Assembly (NCBI GenBank): GCA_032718475.1
Contig: JAUCBJ010000416.1
Location: forward strand, 1 to 49,429
Length of the DNA: 49,429 nt
Source of the DNA: Nemertoderma westbladi
Taxonomy: Eukaryota > Animalia > Xenacoelomorpha
Direction of reading: 5' to 3'
In this document: positions 12,974-25,586 of the stretch, piece after piece
Layout of the letters: every line of letters starts with the position of its first letter
How positions within the stretch are numbered: the first letter of the stretch is position 1
Translations under genes and position numbers: made by a program
Notes under the pieces: generated by a model
Told to the model about the DNA's origin: nothing
Databases searched by the model: none
The model's input: only the letters and a program-made list of their open reading frames with translations

Positions 12974-13408
12974 ACACACACAAATAACACCACTAATGAG
13001 CCATGTAACTCTAGCCGCTGCCTTACATGCAAAACTATCACTAACATACAACAGACACCATGGGGTGAAAAGATAAAAGGACACTATACATGTAAGTCCC
13101 ACACTGTATGTTACTTGGCCTGGTGCCACTGCCACCCTACTCTATACTACATAGGCCAAACGAGACAGAAACTTCACGAACGCTTTAATGGACACCGCAA
13201 CAACATACGACACTACCCCTCACGAGCCAATGACGGAAAAACACACGAAGACATACTCCTAGCTAGGCACATATACGGTTGTGGTTTAGAAAATCTACGC
13301 ACCGCAACCATAAAACAATTCACAAACATACCCGAACTACTAGCGACGGAAGCTAACCTAATCTATACATACAACCCCCCACTTAACGTAGCAAGACCAG
13401 CAATCTAA
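12974..13408 (+). pseudogene. Penelope GIY-YIG endonuclease domain (C-terminal fragment; RT missing)
   Basis: CNSSRCLTC, YTCKSHTVCYLAWC..LYYIGQT, ERFNGHR, H, E and terminal PLN match the Penelope CCHH/GIY-YIG layout. The called ORF start (12878) comes from the inverted segment. Confidence 0.88.
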
Positions 13409-14279
13409 ACCCAACGTTTTATATAATACATTCTATATCTTACACAACTACAGTGCCCTCTATAGCGAATTTCCGGGGTTTTATGTGCTTTTCCCCTACC
13501 TTCCTTTTTGTTTTTGTCTTGGTTTTTTCTGTTTCTTGTGACTTCTTACTCTGTAAAAATTACAGCTATCATTATGTTGCATTCTACCTAACCGTGCGCT
13601 TTAAGTAGATACCTCATAATCCTATGTAACCTACCTAATCCAATTATACCATTCAGTATGTAGACACATGACCATTCCTGGGATTTCCCTATCAACTTCT
13701 CCCAACCTTACAACCCAACCTGCAACCCTATATTTGTACTTTAGATTGACAGCTTACAACTAACTCGCTGTACTTTCCCTATCACAATTACCTTGCGTTA
13801 TACAGTACATACATATACGTTAACCTTTCTGGGATTCACCTATCAGGTATTCCCCTTTAAAACTTATATATATATATATATATGCATTGGCCGATAAGGG
13901 CCAGTGCGAATATATAACTTTTGAGCATACCCAACAAACTTGCTTAGATGTAAATGAAATACTAATATGATCCACTAGGGGGCTCTAATTAACAAGTAGT
14001 AAGGTATGGCCCTTTCAGAACTTTTTTCCTTCTAAAATATATTTTGAAATAGCAATAAATACCACGATGTTCCACGCAGTGGTGGAAGAAAATAATTGAC
14101 ACAATGGCTCTAATTATAGAGTTTTCTTTAAAAAAAATAATATAGGTAGAATATAGACGCCGAAGAAAAGTAGTGAGAAACAGAAGTGCAAAAATGCAGA
14201 ATCTGATAATTACATATGTTTCTACTCAACGAATTTCCCTGAAATAAATTGAACAGCAATAATTATTGATTCATGAATA

Positions 14280-14545
14280 ATTATTAACTTTTGTTGGGCA
14301 CAGCTTAGCAAAGTCGAGAATGACGTCCAGATGGGATCGAAGTGGTGACCGCCAGTTTGGCGCTCTTACCATTCCGCTAGCGGCTCAGGCAAAAAAAAAA
14401 GGTAGACCTTGAAATACTACCTAATATACCTAGCTCCCATCTGTCAAACGATATCTGCAGCCACTAATATTCGATTCTTTGTTATTATGTGCTTCGCCGT
14501 CTCTTGTACTTCACTAAGCTGTGCCAAACGGAAGGTTTGATAATT
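14280..14545. repeat. Small inverted-repeat element remnant
   Basis: GGCACAGCTTAG (~14298) and CTAAGCTGTGCC (~14514), with imperfect pairing extending on both sides. Confidence 0.4.
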
Positions 14546-15179
14546 TGCACAAATACAACATGAATACACATGAATAATTATGGAAACTTGATTCATTTAG
14601 CGGCCACTACAGTTTAACAAAACATAGTTTAAAACCTAAAAAACAAGGAAATATACTTTAGGATTACAATGTTGCATGCTATTTAAGGTATGTATGGTAT
14701 GGTATATAACTATGCTTGGCATGGTATCGTCCGACCCTTAGTCTTAGGGCATGCTACAGTTTATGTTTGGTTTGCTGATATAAGATGTATGCTATGCATG
14801 CTATGATAACTAACTGTAGATGTTATGTTAGGTATGTATCCTAACATTTCACGACTACTAGAAGCGATATTCTAGCGACAGGAATATAATCCATTAGCAG
14901 TTAGTATTGAAAACACTTCAGCCTTACAAATTCAGGATGTGCTACTACATTATTATAGCCATTATTCATGTGCCTCTATAAATTTCATTATTATTCTATA
15001 TCTATAATATTGTTATAGGGCCTATTCTATATTTGTCATTGTCTCGACCAGCTGAATTATTATTTAGTTATGCATTATGTTATGGTATGTATGTATGCTA
15101 TGGTATTATACTATGCTATGCTATGATAGGACATTTCCTTCATTGCGTGTATCCAATGGGAGATTTGTATTGAAGGACC

Positions 15180-15964
15180 CAGACCAATTTAAATGGCCCT
15201 TAGGAAAAGTGTCTACTGAGGGCCATTTAAGTGGCTCCAATGAGACATTGTCTTGAATGGGCCACTTTAACTTTTTACCCTTTTTACACGTTTAACCCTA
15301 TTCATACCGGAAATAATAATAAAAAATTTACTCTTATAAGCGTGCTTAAAATCACATGTTTAGGTTTTCTGGGGCGCTGATTATAAATATTCCAATTTCT
15401 TGGGAAGTTTTTTTTTATTACAATTTTGTTATTAGTTTTGTTTATTATTAATTTGGCACACACCTCCGAAAAATACAATTTGAAATGTCTAGAGCCGTTT
15501 TTATTTATTCCAATGAATTCAGAACAAACGTAAAACACATGTAATGCGAGAAACAAGATGTAGAAATCAATTCGTATCTATTGCCATCTAGGGCCATTTT
15601 AGATTTAAGTGGGTCAAATGAGACATTGTCTTAAATGGGCCAATTCCTTTTAAATGGCCCTTACAAACATTGTTTACTGAGGGCCATTTTACATTTAAGT
15701 GGCTCAATTGAGACATTGTCTTGAATGGGCCACTTCCTTTTAAATGGCCCTTACAAACATTGTTTACTGAGGGCCATTTTACATTTAAGTTGCTCAAATG
15801 AGACATTGTCTTAAATTGGCCACTTCCTTTTAAATGGCCCTTACGAACATTGTCTACTCACTACTGAGGGCTATTTTATATTTAAGTGGCTCAAATTGGA
15901 CATTGTCATGAATTGGCCACTTCCTTTTAAATGGCCCTTAGGAACATTGTCTAATGAGGGCCAC
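15180..15964 (+). repeat. GGCC-rich 90-bp tandem array (about 4 copies at 15590-15964, partial copy at 15180-15270)
   Basis: AGGGCCATTTT recurs at ~15590, 15680 and 15770, with a variant at ~15867. Confidence 0.9.
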
Positions 15965-16269
15965 AATCATTAATATAGGAATGGAATTGCCGTAATACAA
16001 TAAGTTACTTTAGGAAGTAACAAGACACCCCCCCCCCCCCCCCCCCCCCCCCATAAGCGTGAGCGCAACCAATTTTACTGAGGTGGAACCTGACAAAGAC
16101 CGGTCAGGATAACCGTACCATGTCAGGATAACTGTATTAATTACCTACCGGTACCGCTGTACTGCTTGCTGTAAACTATCAGACTCATGCAGGCATATTC
16201 AATAACTATAACATAGTAATATAAACCGGCATTTACCCCTATATAATCTACATTCACATCATAATCATC

Positions 16270-17055
16270 ATGCCAACTCGTCGCAAACCCAGTCAAAATG
16301 CACCTGACGCAGATAGCCAAATAACGACGGACGATCTTTACGAATTAATCAAAACGCTATCCACCGACGTCGTTGCGATTAAATCTGATATTGCCGCAAT
16401 CAAAAGTGAGGCATCGAAAGTTGTTATTCTAAATAAACGTTGTGATACTATATCTAATGATATTACAACGCTCTATCACCATCTGGAAAAGCTGCAGGAC
16501 GATAATGAGAACTCAGAACAATATTCGAAAAATTACAACCTTCTCTTCCATGGGATTTCTAACGATAAAGCTGCAGTGGATATCGCTCTTAAATCTGCTG
16601 GTATTTCCCCATCGGACATAGATATAATGCACCGAATGCCGCCACCAAGATCTGTTGGTAGATTTGCTGATACCAGATCGTCGGCAGCTCGATCGCGCCC
16701 CCTTATCGTAAGATTCATTTCCCGAGAAAAACGTCTATCGGTTATTAAGATGAAAGAAAAACTCCCCAATAATGTATACTTAACTGAGCATCTCACAGCG
16801 CGTCGATCCGGTCTCCTACGTTCTCTAAAACAACTCAAGAAATCAAAGTTGATTCACTCAGCATTCTCTCGCAATGGTTCTATCCTCTGTAAAATAAAAC
16901 CTGACGATTCGACACGCACTATTCGATCCTCTTCTGATATTGATGATATTCGAGGGAGAGTTGCCGGAACCAAGATGAACGTCACCGTAGGAGTTAATGA
17001 TTCTACAAATCTTATCAATGAGTCCATTCTTTCTACCACCAGCAACTGCGACTAA
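16270..17055 (+). CDS. LINE ORF1 protein (coiled coil + RRM/CTD-like)
   Basis: Heptad-rich N-terminus; EQYSKNYNLLFHGI, HRM, RPLIVRF and VYLTEHLT motifs; upstream of ORF2. Confidence 0.9.
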   Translation: MPTRRKPSQNAPDADSQITTDDLYELIKTLSTDVVAIKSDIAAIKSEASKVVILNKRCDTISNDITTLYHHLEKLQDDNENSEQYSKNYNLLFHGISNDKAAVDIALKSAGISPSDIDIMHRMPPPRSVGRFADTRSSAARSRPLIVRFISREKRLSVIKMKEKLPNNVYLTEHLTARRSGLLRSLKQLKKSKLIHSAFSRNGSILCKIKPDDSTRTIRSSSDIDDIRGRVAGTKMNVTVGVNDSTNLINESILSTTSNCD

Positions 17056-17237
17056 CGTAAATCTTCGCCTGCTCGCCTAATAAACCTCAAATTACCATGC
17101 AAACTCGGTACCGGTTCCGTGTAGGTTATCTGAAATTTTTTAGTACACAGTAGTACAGTGCAGTACTTCGAACTATTGGGATTTTATTTTGACATTGCCT
17201 TTGCCATTATTTTATATTAAATTCCAAAATATATTAT

Positions 17238-20200
17238 ATGCCAGTCAATGACCCTCGTACATCCTGCCATTTCTGCTTTTCAAAATTTAATAAAAAAGAT
17301 AGTAAAATAGTATGCGATATCTGTAAGAATTCTTACCACCAGCAATGCGGTTCTAATATTACTACTCCATTATTGAATTTATCTCATATTTACTGTTTAT
17401 TCTGTTACAATGATATTTTTCCTTTTAATACTATTCCGCCCGATGACTATGATATTTTTGAAAGCAATGACATTGATATTTTATTACCCGAAAATTATAT
17501 GGACTCTAATAGCACTTTTAAAAATATTGACCCGGACCAAAATTTAAATAATATAAAAACAAATTGTCAGTATTATAATGAACAAAATTTTAATAACAAG
17601 TTTGATTCTAAAAATACAAATTTTTCAGTGTTTCATGTAAACTGTAGAAGCCTAAACAAAAATCTAGCGCCTACCTCTGACTTCCTATCATTACTAACCC
17701 TAAATTTCGACATACTAACTTTTACAGAAACATTTATTACAGATGAGACGGATCTATCTTACTTACACATTGACGGCTACTCAACCCCACTTATTACAAA
17801 CCGAAAATATGGGCTAAAAAACCGAGGGGGGACTGCCATTTACCTTAAGAACGGAATTGACTTTACTGAACGGACTGACATAACTATACCGAACTGTGAA
17901 TCTACTTGGGTTACTATAAACAGAAATTCAAATAATAATCACTCCAAAAGACAAATATTAATTGGAACTATTTACCACCCAGACTCGTGCAATACTAACG
18001 ATTTCATAGATAATTTCAATTCGGTTTTAGCTTCGATCAATCAAAATACAACTGACATAATAATAACCGGCGACATGAATATAGATTTATTGAAACGCTC
18101 TAACCACGCCAATAACTATATACAAACTATAGAATCAAATGGATTTGAACAAATAATAGACAAAGCAACTAGAATTACACCATACTCCCGAACTTTAATA
18201 GACCATATATCAACTAATATTAACAATAAAACAGTATCATCTGGAGTTTTCCAAAGCCAACAAGGATCAACTGATCACTTAGCCACTTTTGCAATCATAC
18301 AAAATTATTCCTGCCACTTTACGCAACAAGAAATGAAATATGTATATGATTACTCCAAATATAACAAAAATAAATTTATTTCAGACATAAAAGATATTAA
18401 TAACTGGACATATAACAAAACAACAGTACCCATAGAAAAACAATTCGAAATATTTTACTCTGATTTTCAAAATATAACCAATAAACACTTGCCAAGAAAG
18501 ATCCTAGAAAAAAAAGAAATTCCTAAAAAACCTTGGATGACTCCCGCGTTAGTACAATCAACAATCAAGAAAAATGACCTATATGCAAATCTAATTACTA
18601 ACCCTACATGCGAAAAAGAACAGTTTTATAAACAATACCGCAATAAACTAACAACAACTCTTAGAAAGGCTGAAAAAAACTACTACCACTCAGAATTCGA
18701 GAAACACAAAACAAATACAAAAAAAACATGGCAAACAATAAACAAAGCACTAAATAAGTCAAATAACTTGAATACTCCAAAAAAAATTAGAATATCAACA
18801 ACAGTAGGAACCATAAATAAAACTCTCCCAAAAGAAATTGCCAATGTACTTAACCAACACTTCGCTAATATAGGTCCAGAACTAGCAGAGACAATTCCGA
18901 GAAGTAACCGTAACCCAACTAGATTCATAAACCACCGTAAGTCAAACTCATTCTACCTATCAGATACAACGCAAACTGAAATACTATATTACCTACTAGA
19001 CCTAGACAACAACTGCTCTACTAATGACCTATTCCCCATACAACTAGTTAAAACTGCAGCACACGACCTAGCACCTCACTTAACTTACTTAATTAACAAA
19101 TCAATTAATAATGGAATTTTCCCAAAAGTACTAAAACAAGCAAAAATTACCCCAGTCTACAAAACAGGCGACCCTACAGATAAAAACAACTACAGACCAA
19201 TATCGGTCTTGCCGCTATTTAGCAAACTCTACGAACGTATAATTAATACCCAACTCATAACCTACTTAGAAAAATACTCAATTCTATCTCACTGCCAATA
19301 CGGTTTTAGGAAACGTTCTACTACAACAGACGCTATACTTACAATCACAGAAAGACTGCTTGAATCTCTTGACCATCACGAATCATCATGCCTAATTTCT
19401 ATAGATTTAAAAAAGGCTTTTGATACCCTGAACCATAGCATACTCTTAAAAAAATTAAACTGTTACGGTATCAGAGGTCTTCCGCTCCAACTATTCACAA
19501 GCTTCCTCAATGATCGCTCACACACAGTTGTTATAAACAATACACACTCCGACCCTCTTACCCCACATTGTGGTACCCCACAAGGTGCTATCTTAAGTGC
19601 TACTCTATTTTTATTGTATATAAATGACTTACCGAACTGCACAAATTTACATACTACTCTTTTTGCCGATGATACTAACATACTGTACAGTCACACCAAC
19701 AAGGACACACTAATTACAAAAGTAAATAATGAACTCTCGAAAATTGATCAATGGCTCACTGACAACAAACTATCCCTCAATCTTAAAAAAACCGAATATC
19801 TCATATTTTCAAATTCAAATACTACTATCACTCAAAAAATAAAAATAAATAATGTTAATATCAAACAAACAAATGAAACAAAATTTTTGGGCATCTGGAT
19901 AGACAATAAATTATCTTGGAAATATCACTGCTCCTACATACTGAAGAAAATTTCGAAATCCTGCGGAATATTTTTTAAACTTCGCCATATCTTGCCATTA
20001 AATATACTAAAAATGATTTTCTATGCACTGATACACCCATATATTCAATATGGTATAATATTATGGGGAAACACGCACCATAAATACATATACCCACTCA
20101 GAGTAAAAATAAATAAAATAATTCGTGCAATAACATTTAATCATTACCAAGCTCATTCAAACCCAATCTATAAATTTCTGGAAATATTACCAATAGAAAA

Positions 20201-20492
20201 GTTACATATATTGGAAACATCAAAATTAATGTGGGAAATAAAAAACTCAAAAAAACAATCTTTTATCACGTCACTTTTCTCCCTCCCCTCTACTATACAT
20301 AAGTACACTACAAGATCCGTCACATCAATGAACTATTACATACCACGTACAAGACTGGTTCTAACACAAAGATCACTCAAATATCACGGTACTTTGATAT
20401 GGAATTCACTTCCCCTGAAAATAAAAGAAAGTAAAACTAAGAAAGCACTTACCCAAAATCTCAAAAAGTCATTGCTAAGCGATCTAACTTAA
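17238..20492 (+). CDS. LINE ORF2: PHD-like finger, APE endonuclease, reverse transcriptase
   Basis: CHFC..CDIC..HQQC..CLFC; HVNCRSL, TET, GDMNID, IDHI, TDH; NYRPIS, QYGFR, DLKKAFD, GTPQG, FADDT, FLG. Confidence 0.96.
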   Translation: MPVNDPRTSCHFCFSKFNKKDSKIVCDICKNSYHQQCGSNITTPLLNLSHIYCLFCYNDIFPFNTIPPDDYDIFESNDIDILLPENYMDSNSTFKNIDPDQNLNNIKTNCQYYNEQNFNNKFDSKNTNFSVFHVNCRSLNKNLAPTSDFLSLLTLNFDILTFTETFITDETDLSYLHIDGYSTPLITNRKYGLKNRGGTAIYLKNGIDFTERTDITIPNCESTWVTINRNSNNNHSKRQILIGTIYHPDSCNTNDFIDNFNSVLASINQNTTDIIITGDMNIDLLKRSNHANNYIQTIESNGFEQIIDKATRITPYSRTLIDHISTNINNKTVSSGVFQSQQGSTDHLATFAIIQNYSCHFTQQEMKYVYDYSKYNKNKFISDIKDINNWTYNKTTVPIEKQFEIFYSDFQNITNKHLPRKILEKKEIPKKPWMTPALVQSTIKKNDLYANLITNPTCEKEQFYKQYRNKLTTTLRKAEKNYYHSEFEKHKTNTKKTWQTINKALNKSNNLNTPKKIRISTTVGTINKTLPKEIANVLNQHFANIGPELAETIPRSNRNPTRFINHRKSNSFYLSDTTQTEILYYLLDLDNNCSTNDLFPIQLVKTAAHDLAPHLTYLINKSINNGIFPKVLKQAKITPVYKTGDPTDKNNYRPISVLPLFSKLYERIINTQLITYLEKYSILSHCQYGFRKRSTTTDAILTITERLLESLDHHESSCLISIDLKKAFDTLNHSILLKKLNCYGIRGLPLQLFTSFLNDRSHTVVINNTHSDPLTPHCGTPQGAILSATLFLLYINDLPNCTNLHTTLFADDTNILYSHTNKDTLITKVNNELSKIDQWLTDNKLSLNLKKTEYLIFSNSNTTITQKIKINNVNIKQTNETKFLGIWIDNKLSWKYHCSYILKKISKSCGIFFKLRHILPLNILKMIFYALIHPYIQYGIILWGNTHHKYIYPLRVKINKIIRAITFNHYQAHSNPIYKFLEILPIEKLHILETSKLMWEIKNSKKQSFITSLFSLPSTIHKYTTRSVTSMNYYIPRTRLVLTQRSLKYHGTLIWNSLPLKIKESKTKKALTQNLKKSLLSDLT

Positions 20493-20976
20493 AATAGAAT
20501 AAAACTTAAAATAAATAAGTCCTAGAATAGTATTAGGCCCGATCATCTATTAAACTCATTAAATAAATTTGTATCTATTAATAATCGTATATCACATCGC
20601 ATTAACTGGATATTTCAAATTTTTTTAAAATCTCAAAATGTAATTTAAATATATTAAAATCAGCAGATTGTACGAATTAAATTGATTGATATGTAATATT
20701 TACAACAAAACGCTCGCCACGGCAACAGGGAACTATACTAGCTTTGCTACTGTTTCCTGTTTCTCATAAATACTACAATACTGTAAACAAATATTGGAAC
20801 TCCAAACCTAGCACCGATCCATATAATCTAAATAGCAATAAAACCCCAATTACGCACTGTACCTAAACTGGTGATGGGTTTATAATACTGAGAGCGTGTA
20901 TTATGATAACGAAACAAATAAATGAACCCTTAAGGGTTCCTTTGAAAGACAAAATTTTCACCCCTTTGCGAATCCC

Positions 20977-22697
20977 CTAGTTTCTAATCGCAATAATTTT
21001 TATTGTCCGTTTAAATCCTTTTTTTGTCCTTTTTTTTTATTTTTTATGTCCTCCAAAAGTCTAATGTTAGGTTCCATGCTACCGGTTTCTCTACTGCTGT
21101 TCTCTCAGGCTATCAGTACCGGTATTAGTATATATAGCACTATTTTGCTGTATTATGTATGTCTGTATGTACAGATGTAGGTATAAAGCAGGTATTTCTG
21201 TATTTTAGTACCGGTACCGGCACCGGTACTGCTATAGGCCTACTGTGTAGCCTACCATTTAAATACGGTAATGGTAGGCCTACCGGTTGTGCTAATAAAT
21301 TTTAAATAATTGATAGGCCAAACTGGATTGCAGGATTGTGGAAAATGTGGATATACCTTTCACATAATTTAGGCCTGCTATTACTGTATTAGTTTTATAA
21401 TCAATAATGGATCATGACTACTGTCTGACTAGTGTTACGGATAACCTGCTCCTTTCCCTGATTTGGTAAAGTGACTGTTTATTGTTTTGGTTAGAAAATC
21501 CGGCCTTAACCTGCTCCTTTCCCTCAATTAGTTAAGTAATCGTTTATTGTTTTGGTTAGAAAATCCCGCCTCTGTAACCTGCTCCTTTCCCTCAATTGGT
21601 AATGTTATCGTTTATTGTTTTGGTTAGAAAATCCCGCCTCTGTAACCTGCTCCTTTCTCTCAATTGGTAATGTTATCGTTTATTGTTTTGGTTAGAAAAT
21701 CCCGTCTCTGTAACCTGCTCCTTTCCCTCAATTAGTTAAATGATTGTTTATTGTTTTGGTTAGAAAATCCCACCTCTGTAACCTGCCCCTTTCCCTCAAT
21801 TAGTTAAATGATCGTTTATTGTTTTGGTTAGAAAATCCCGCCTCTGTAACCTGCTCCTTTCCCTGAATTGGTAAAGTGACCGTTTATTGTTTTGGTTAGA
21901 AAGGCCCGCCTCTGTAACCTGCCCCTTTCCCTCAATTTGTTAAATGATCGTTTATTGTTTTGGTTAGAAAATCCCGCCTCTGTAACCTGCTCCTTTCCCT
22001 CAATTAGTTAAGTGATCGTTTATTGTTTTGGTTAGAAAATTCCGCCTCTGTAACCTGTCCCTTTCCCTCAACTAGTTAAATGATCGTTTATTGTTTTGGT
22101 TAGAAAATCCCGCCTCTGTAACCTGCTCCTTTCCCTCAATAAGTTAAGTGATCGTTTATTGTTTTGGTTAGAAAATCCCGCCTCTGTAACCTGCTCCTTT
22201 CCCTCAATTAGTTAAGTGATCGTTTATTGTTTTGGTTAGAAAATCCCGTCTCTGTAACCTGCTCCTTTCCCTGATTTGGTAAAGTGACTGTTTATTGTTT
22301 TGGTTAGAAAACTCGGCCTTAACCTGCTCCTTTCCATCAATTGGTAATTGTTTTTGGCTATAAAATGAGTGTTTTGCTAAGTCATGTGGTAATCGATTAT
22401 CGACAACAACCACAAACTATTAAATATAGAGTCTTTTTACCACAGGCGCATATGGAAATCTATCTCATAGTCTATAAATCATGGAATGTTTTGGCACAGA
22501 CATAGTGAAACCAACTGTCTGACAGTCCAGAAATCAGCAGTCTGACAGTTTGAAGAAATACATACATAAAAAGTCATTAAAAGGACAATAAAAGTCATTA
22601 AAAGGACAACAAAAGTCATTATGCATAATTCGTAAAAAAAAAATGACAAAAAAAGTCAAATAAAAGGACATAAAAAATCACTGCCGTTTCTAATTAG
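20977..22697. mobile_element. Putative non-autonomous TIR element enclosing the 68-bp array
   Basis: Degenerate TIRs CTAGTTTCTAATCGCAATAATTTTT / AAAAATCACTGCCGTTTCTAATTAG; subterminal TGTCC versus GGACA motifs; TCCC on both flanks. An alternative ~11-bp direct repeat TCCCCTAGTTT could instead be the TSD. Confidence 0.45.
21441..22352 (+). repeat. 68-bp minisatellite, about 13 copies
   Basis: Unit GTAACCTGCTCCTTTCCCTCAATTAGTTAAGTGATCGTTTATTGTTTTGGTTAGAAAATCCCGCCTCT; a degenerate monomer sits at ~27420-27500. Confidence 0.97.
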
Positions 22698-22998
22698 TCC
22701 CCCTAGTTTTCAAAACATTCCTTGATTTTGAAGATACAGATTTGAAAATATGAAATGGCCCTTAAACCTAAAACAAATATAATAAATGGCCTTCCAAGGA
22801 AAACACATCCGTGTTAGATTGTGTTCATATTGTACAGTTAAATTACATTAAATTTATTAATAGTGGCCCTAACAAAATATAAAAATATAAAAAATGGCCC
22901 TAAATTTACAAAATTACATTCCTAAACTACAATCAGAGGTGTGACGCTGAATGTGGCTTCTACTAAAAGGCCCGTGCTCCACTGGTAATTCATAAGGT

Positions 22999-23667
22999 TA
23001 GCACGAACTTAGTTCCAATCGCACATTTTCAAAGGCGAACTTATGTAGTTCCAATTGAAACGCATTTAGTTCCGAAACAAATTTTACAAAGCGAACTTAG
23101 TTCCAATCGAGGCGAACTGAGTTCCAATCCCAGAATGAATATCAAAACGAACTTAGTTCCTATGGAATCGAATTTAGTTCCAATGGAAGCGAATTTAGTT
23201 CCAATGCATGCGAATTTAGTTCCAATGGGTACGAACTTAGTTCCAATGTTTCAATCGTGGGGATAGCTACGTGGGTAGCACGAACTTAGTTCCAATCGCA
23301 CATTTTCAAAGGCAAACTTAGTTCCAATTGAAACGAATTTAGTTCCAAAATAAATTTTACAAAGCGAACTTAGTTCCAATCGAGGCGAACTTAGTTCCAA
23401 TCCCAGAATATCAAAACGAACTTAGTTCCAATGGATGCGAATTTAGTTCCAATGCATGCGAATTTAGTTCCAATGGATGCGAATTTAGTTCCAATGGAAG
23501 CGAATTTAGTTCCAATGGGTACGAACTTTTTTCTCTAGTTATTGGAACTAAGTTCGCCTAAATTGGAAATAAATTCGCCAAAATTGGAACTAAATTCGTT
23601 TCCATTGGAACTAAATTCTTTTCCATTGGAACTAAATTCGCATGAGGCTTAAATTGGAACTAAGTAC
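22999..23667. repeat. Foldback-like array of ~21-bp CGAA(C/T)TTAGTTCCAAT units
   Basis: Forward units 22999-23527 (with a ~278-bp higher-order duplication) and inverted units 23541-23667. Confidence 0.9.
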
Positions 23668-25109
23668 GGGGAATCGTAATTGCCAATTGCCAAATTATAT
23701 TTTCCAATTGGCTGCAATATATTTACTGTAAATCTAAAAGGTCATTTTATATATTTTGATAGGGCCACTGTTAATAAATTTAATGTAATTTAACTGTACA
23801 ATATGAACTCAATCTAACATGAGTGTATTTTCCTAGGAAGGCCATTTAATATGTTTGTTTTGGGTTTTAGGGCCATTTCATATCTCTGTATTTCTAATTC
23901 AGGGAATATTCTAAGGAAATCTTGATATCGCACTTCAATTGGGATTTTGGTGGATATTATTTATTATATAATACAATAACTGCTGTAAACAACGGTATGG
24001 GAGGTATGAGGGGAGGGGGTTAACTATAATATGCTGAGCCTGATATAATCTGAAATTTACAGGTACAGAGATTATAAATGCACGTTTTTGTATGGAAAAT
24101 GTGCCTGAGCTAGTATTATGCACCTTAATTATTACTATAATGATTGCCAGGTATCACGTCAAAATGATTATAAAATATGAAATATCGAAGGTTTTAAATT
24201 TTGTGAAATTTAAAACTGCATATAAAAAACTTAAAAATCTGCATGGCCCATGGATCATTTTCTCCCCAATGATGCAGCGCAGGTTGTATTATAGTATTGA
24301 TTTCACAAGTTTCAGCTTAACGTATCATAAATAACGAAACTGGAGGAGAATTTCACTTTACTATTATTACTTACTTTTATTATTAACTTATAAGGCGATG
24401 GGCAAATGGCAAGGCAAGCAGTAGAAGCCACCTTTGCCTCACATCTCTGATTGTAATCCCAATTATCCTTCCCCCTGCCTTTTCCGTTTGACACATGTCT
24501 GTTCGCCAGTCTATTTCTGCCAATAGACATCAATAAAATTAATTTATGAATTTAGGGCCATATTTTATATTTTGATATTATAAAGGGGCCACTTTTAATA
24601 AATTTAATATAATTAACTGTAGATTATGAACTCAATCTAACATGGGTGTATTTTCCTAGGAAGGCCATTTAATATATTTGTTTTAGGTTTTAGGGCCATT
24701 TCATATCTTTGTATTTCTAATTCAGGGCATATTCTAAGGAAATCTTGATATCGCACTTCAATTGGGATTTGGGTGTAGACCTATATTTTTTATTATATGA
24801 TACAATAACTGTTGTTAACAACGGTGGCAAGTATGGGGGGGGGGGGGGGATTAACATCGTGCCCGTGTGTGTCTGAGTCTGTATTCACAGAAATACTCAA
24901 TATTCAAACCCCTTAACTTTTCCTAGAATTAACATAATACGTTTTTAATGACTAAATCTGAAACATTTTGAAATCTCAAACTATATTTGAAAGTTATTTT
25001 TTGTGGTACTAAATATCGTCTGGTGTGTTTAAAAATGGCCAAACCAAATAATTAAAAAAAATAGGCCACAAAATGGCACTCTGCTGTGGCCAAAAGTGCC
25101 TTTTTTTTG

Positions 25110-25586
25110 CCGTGACAGTGGAACATATGGTGACTGGTGAATCCCCCCCCCCCCCCACCCCCCCCACCCCCCCCTTCTCCATAATTTTAGTCATTCAAAA
25201 CGTATGATATGAATTTTAAGAAACGTTTCAGATTTCTGTTTCCCAGCAAAGGTATTCTGCAGATCAGATCGGGATCGGGTCTGCTCATTAGATTATATTT
25301 GAACAATATCAGGGAGCTAATTATCGGTAATCAAAAACAAAAGCGACCATTGTGATTCTATAAAAATGTACTGTATTATATCCTTGCAGTAATTGAGATC
25401 AACGTGATTTCATGAAAAGATCCAAAGTGTGTTAGGTTACCATTCTTTGGAACTAGCGCGAATATCATTTTGATTTTTTGAGTGAGTTCTGCACGTGTAT
25501 TTAGGTTGAATGAGTTCCAAACACTTGAGACCTCGCCGACCTGGGGGGGGGGGGGGGGGGAGTCACCATCTGTTCCACTGTCACGG
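25110..25586. mobile_element. MITE with 26-bp TIRs
   Basis: CCGTGACAGTGGAACATATGGTGACT / AGTCACCATCTGTTCCACTGTCACGG, with inner poly-C/poly-G and TTG on both flanks. Confidence 0.8.

Larger units (their letters stand above)
12476..13882 (+). mobile_element. 5'-truncated, 5'-inverted Penelope-like element (left part; 3' end continues at 34121-34277)
   Basis: GIY-YIG ORF end. 12830-12952 is the reverse complement of ~12974-13096, and ~12523-12828 is the reverse complement of 13714-13882 plus 34121-34277. Flanking duplication TTTATAAATAGTAG at 12462-12475 and 34274-34287. Confidence 0.88.
16050..20926 (+). mobile_element. Apparently full-length non-LTR retrotransposon, L2/CR1 group (Crack/Daphne-like)
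   Basis: Intact ORF1 and ORF2; ~430-nt 3' UTR ending AATAAATGAA. The 5' boundary is approximate and no clear TSD is seen. Confidence 0.85.

Noticed and set aside
21441-23667. CRISPR-like arrays
   Set aside because: The units are tandem without unique spacers, there are no cas genes, and the context is eukaryotic TE sequence.
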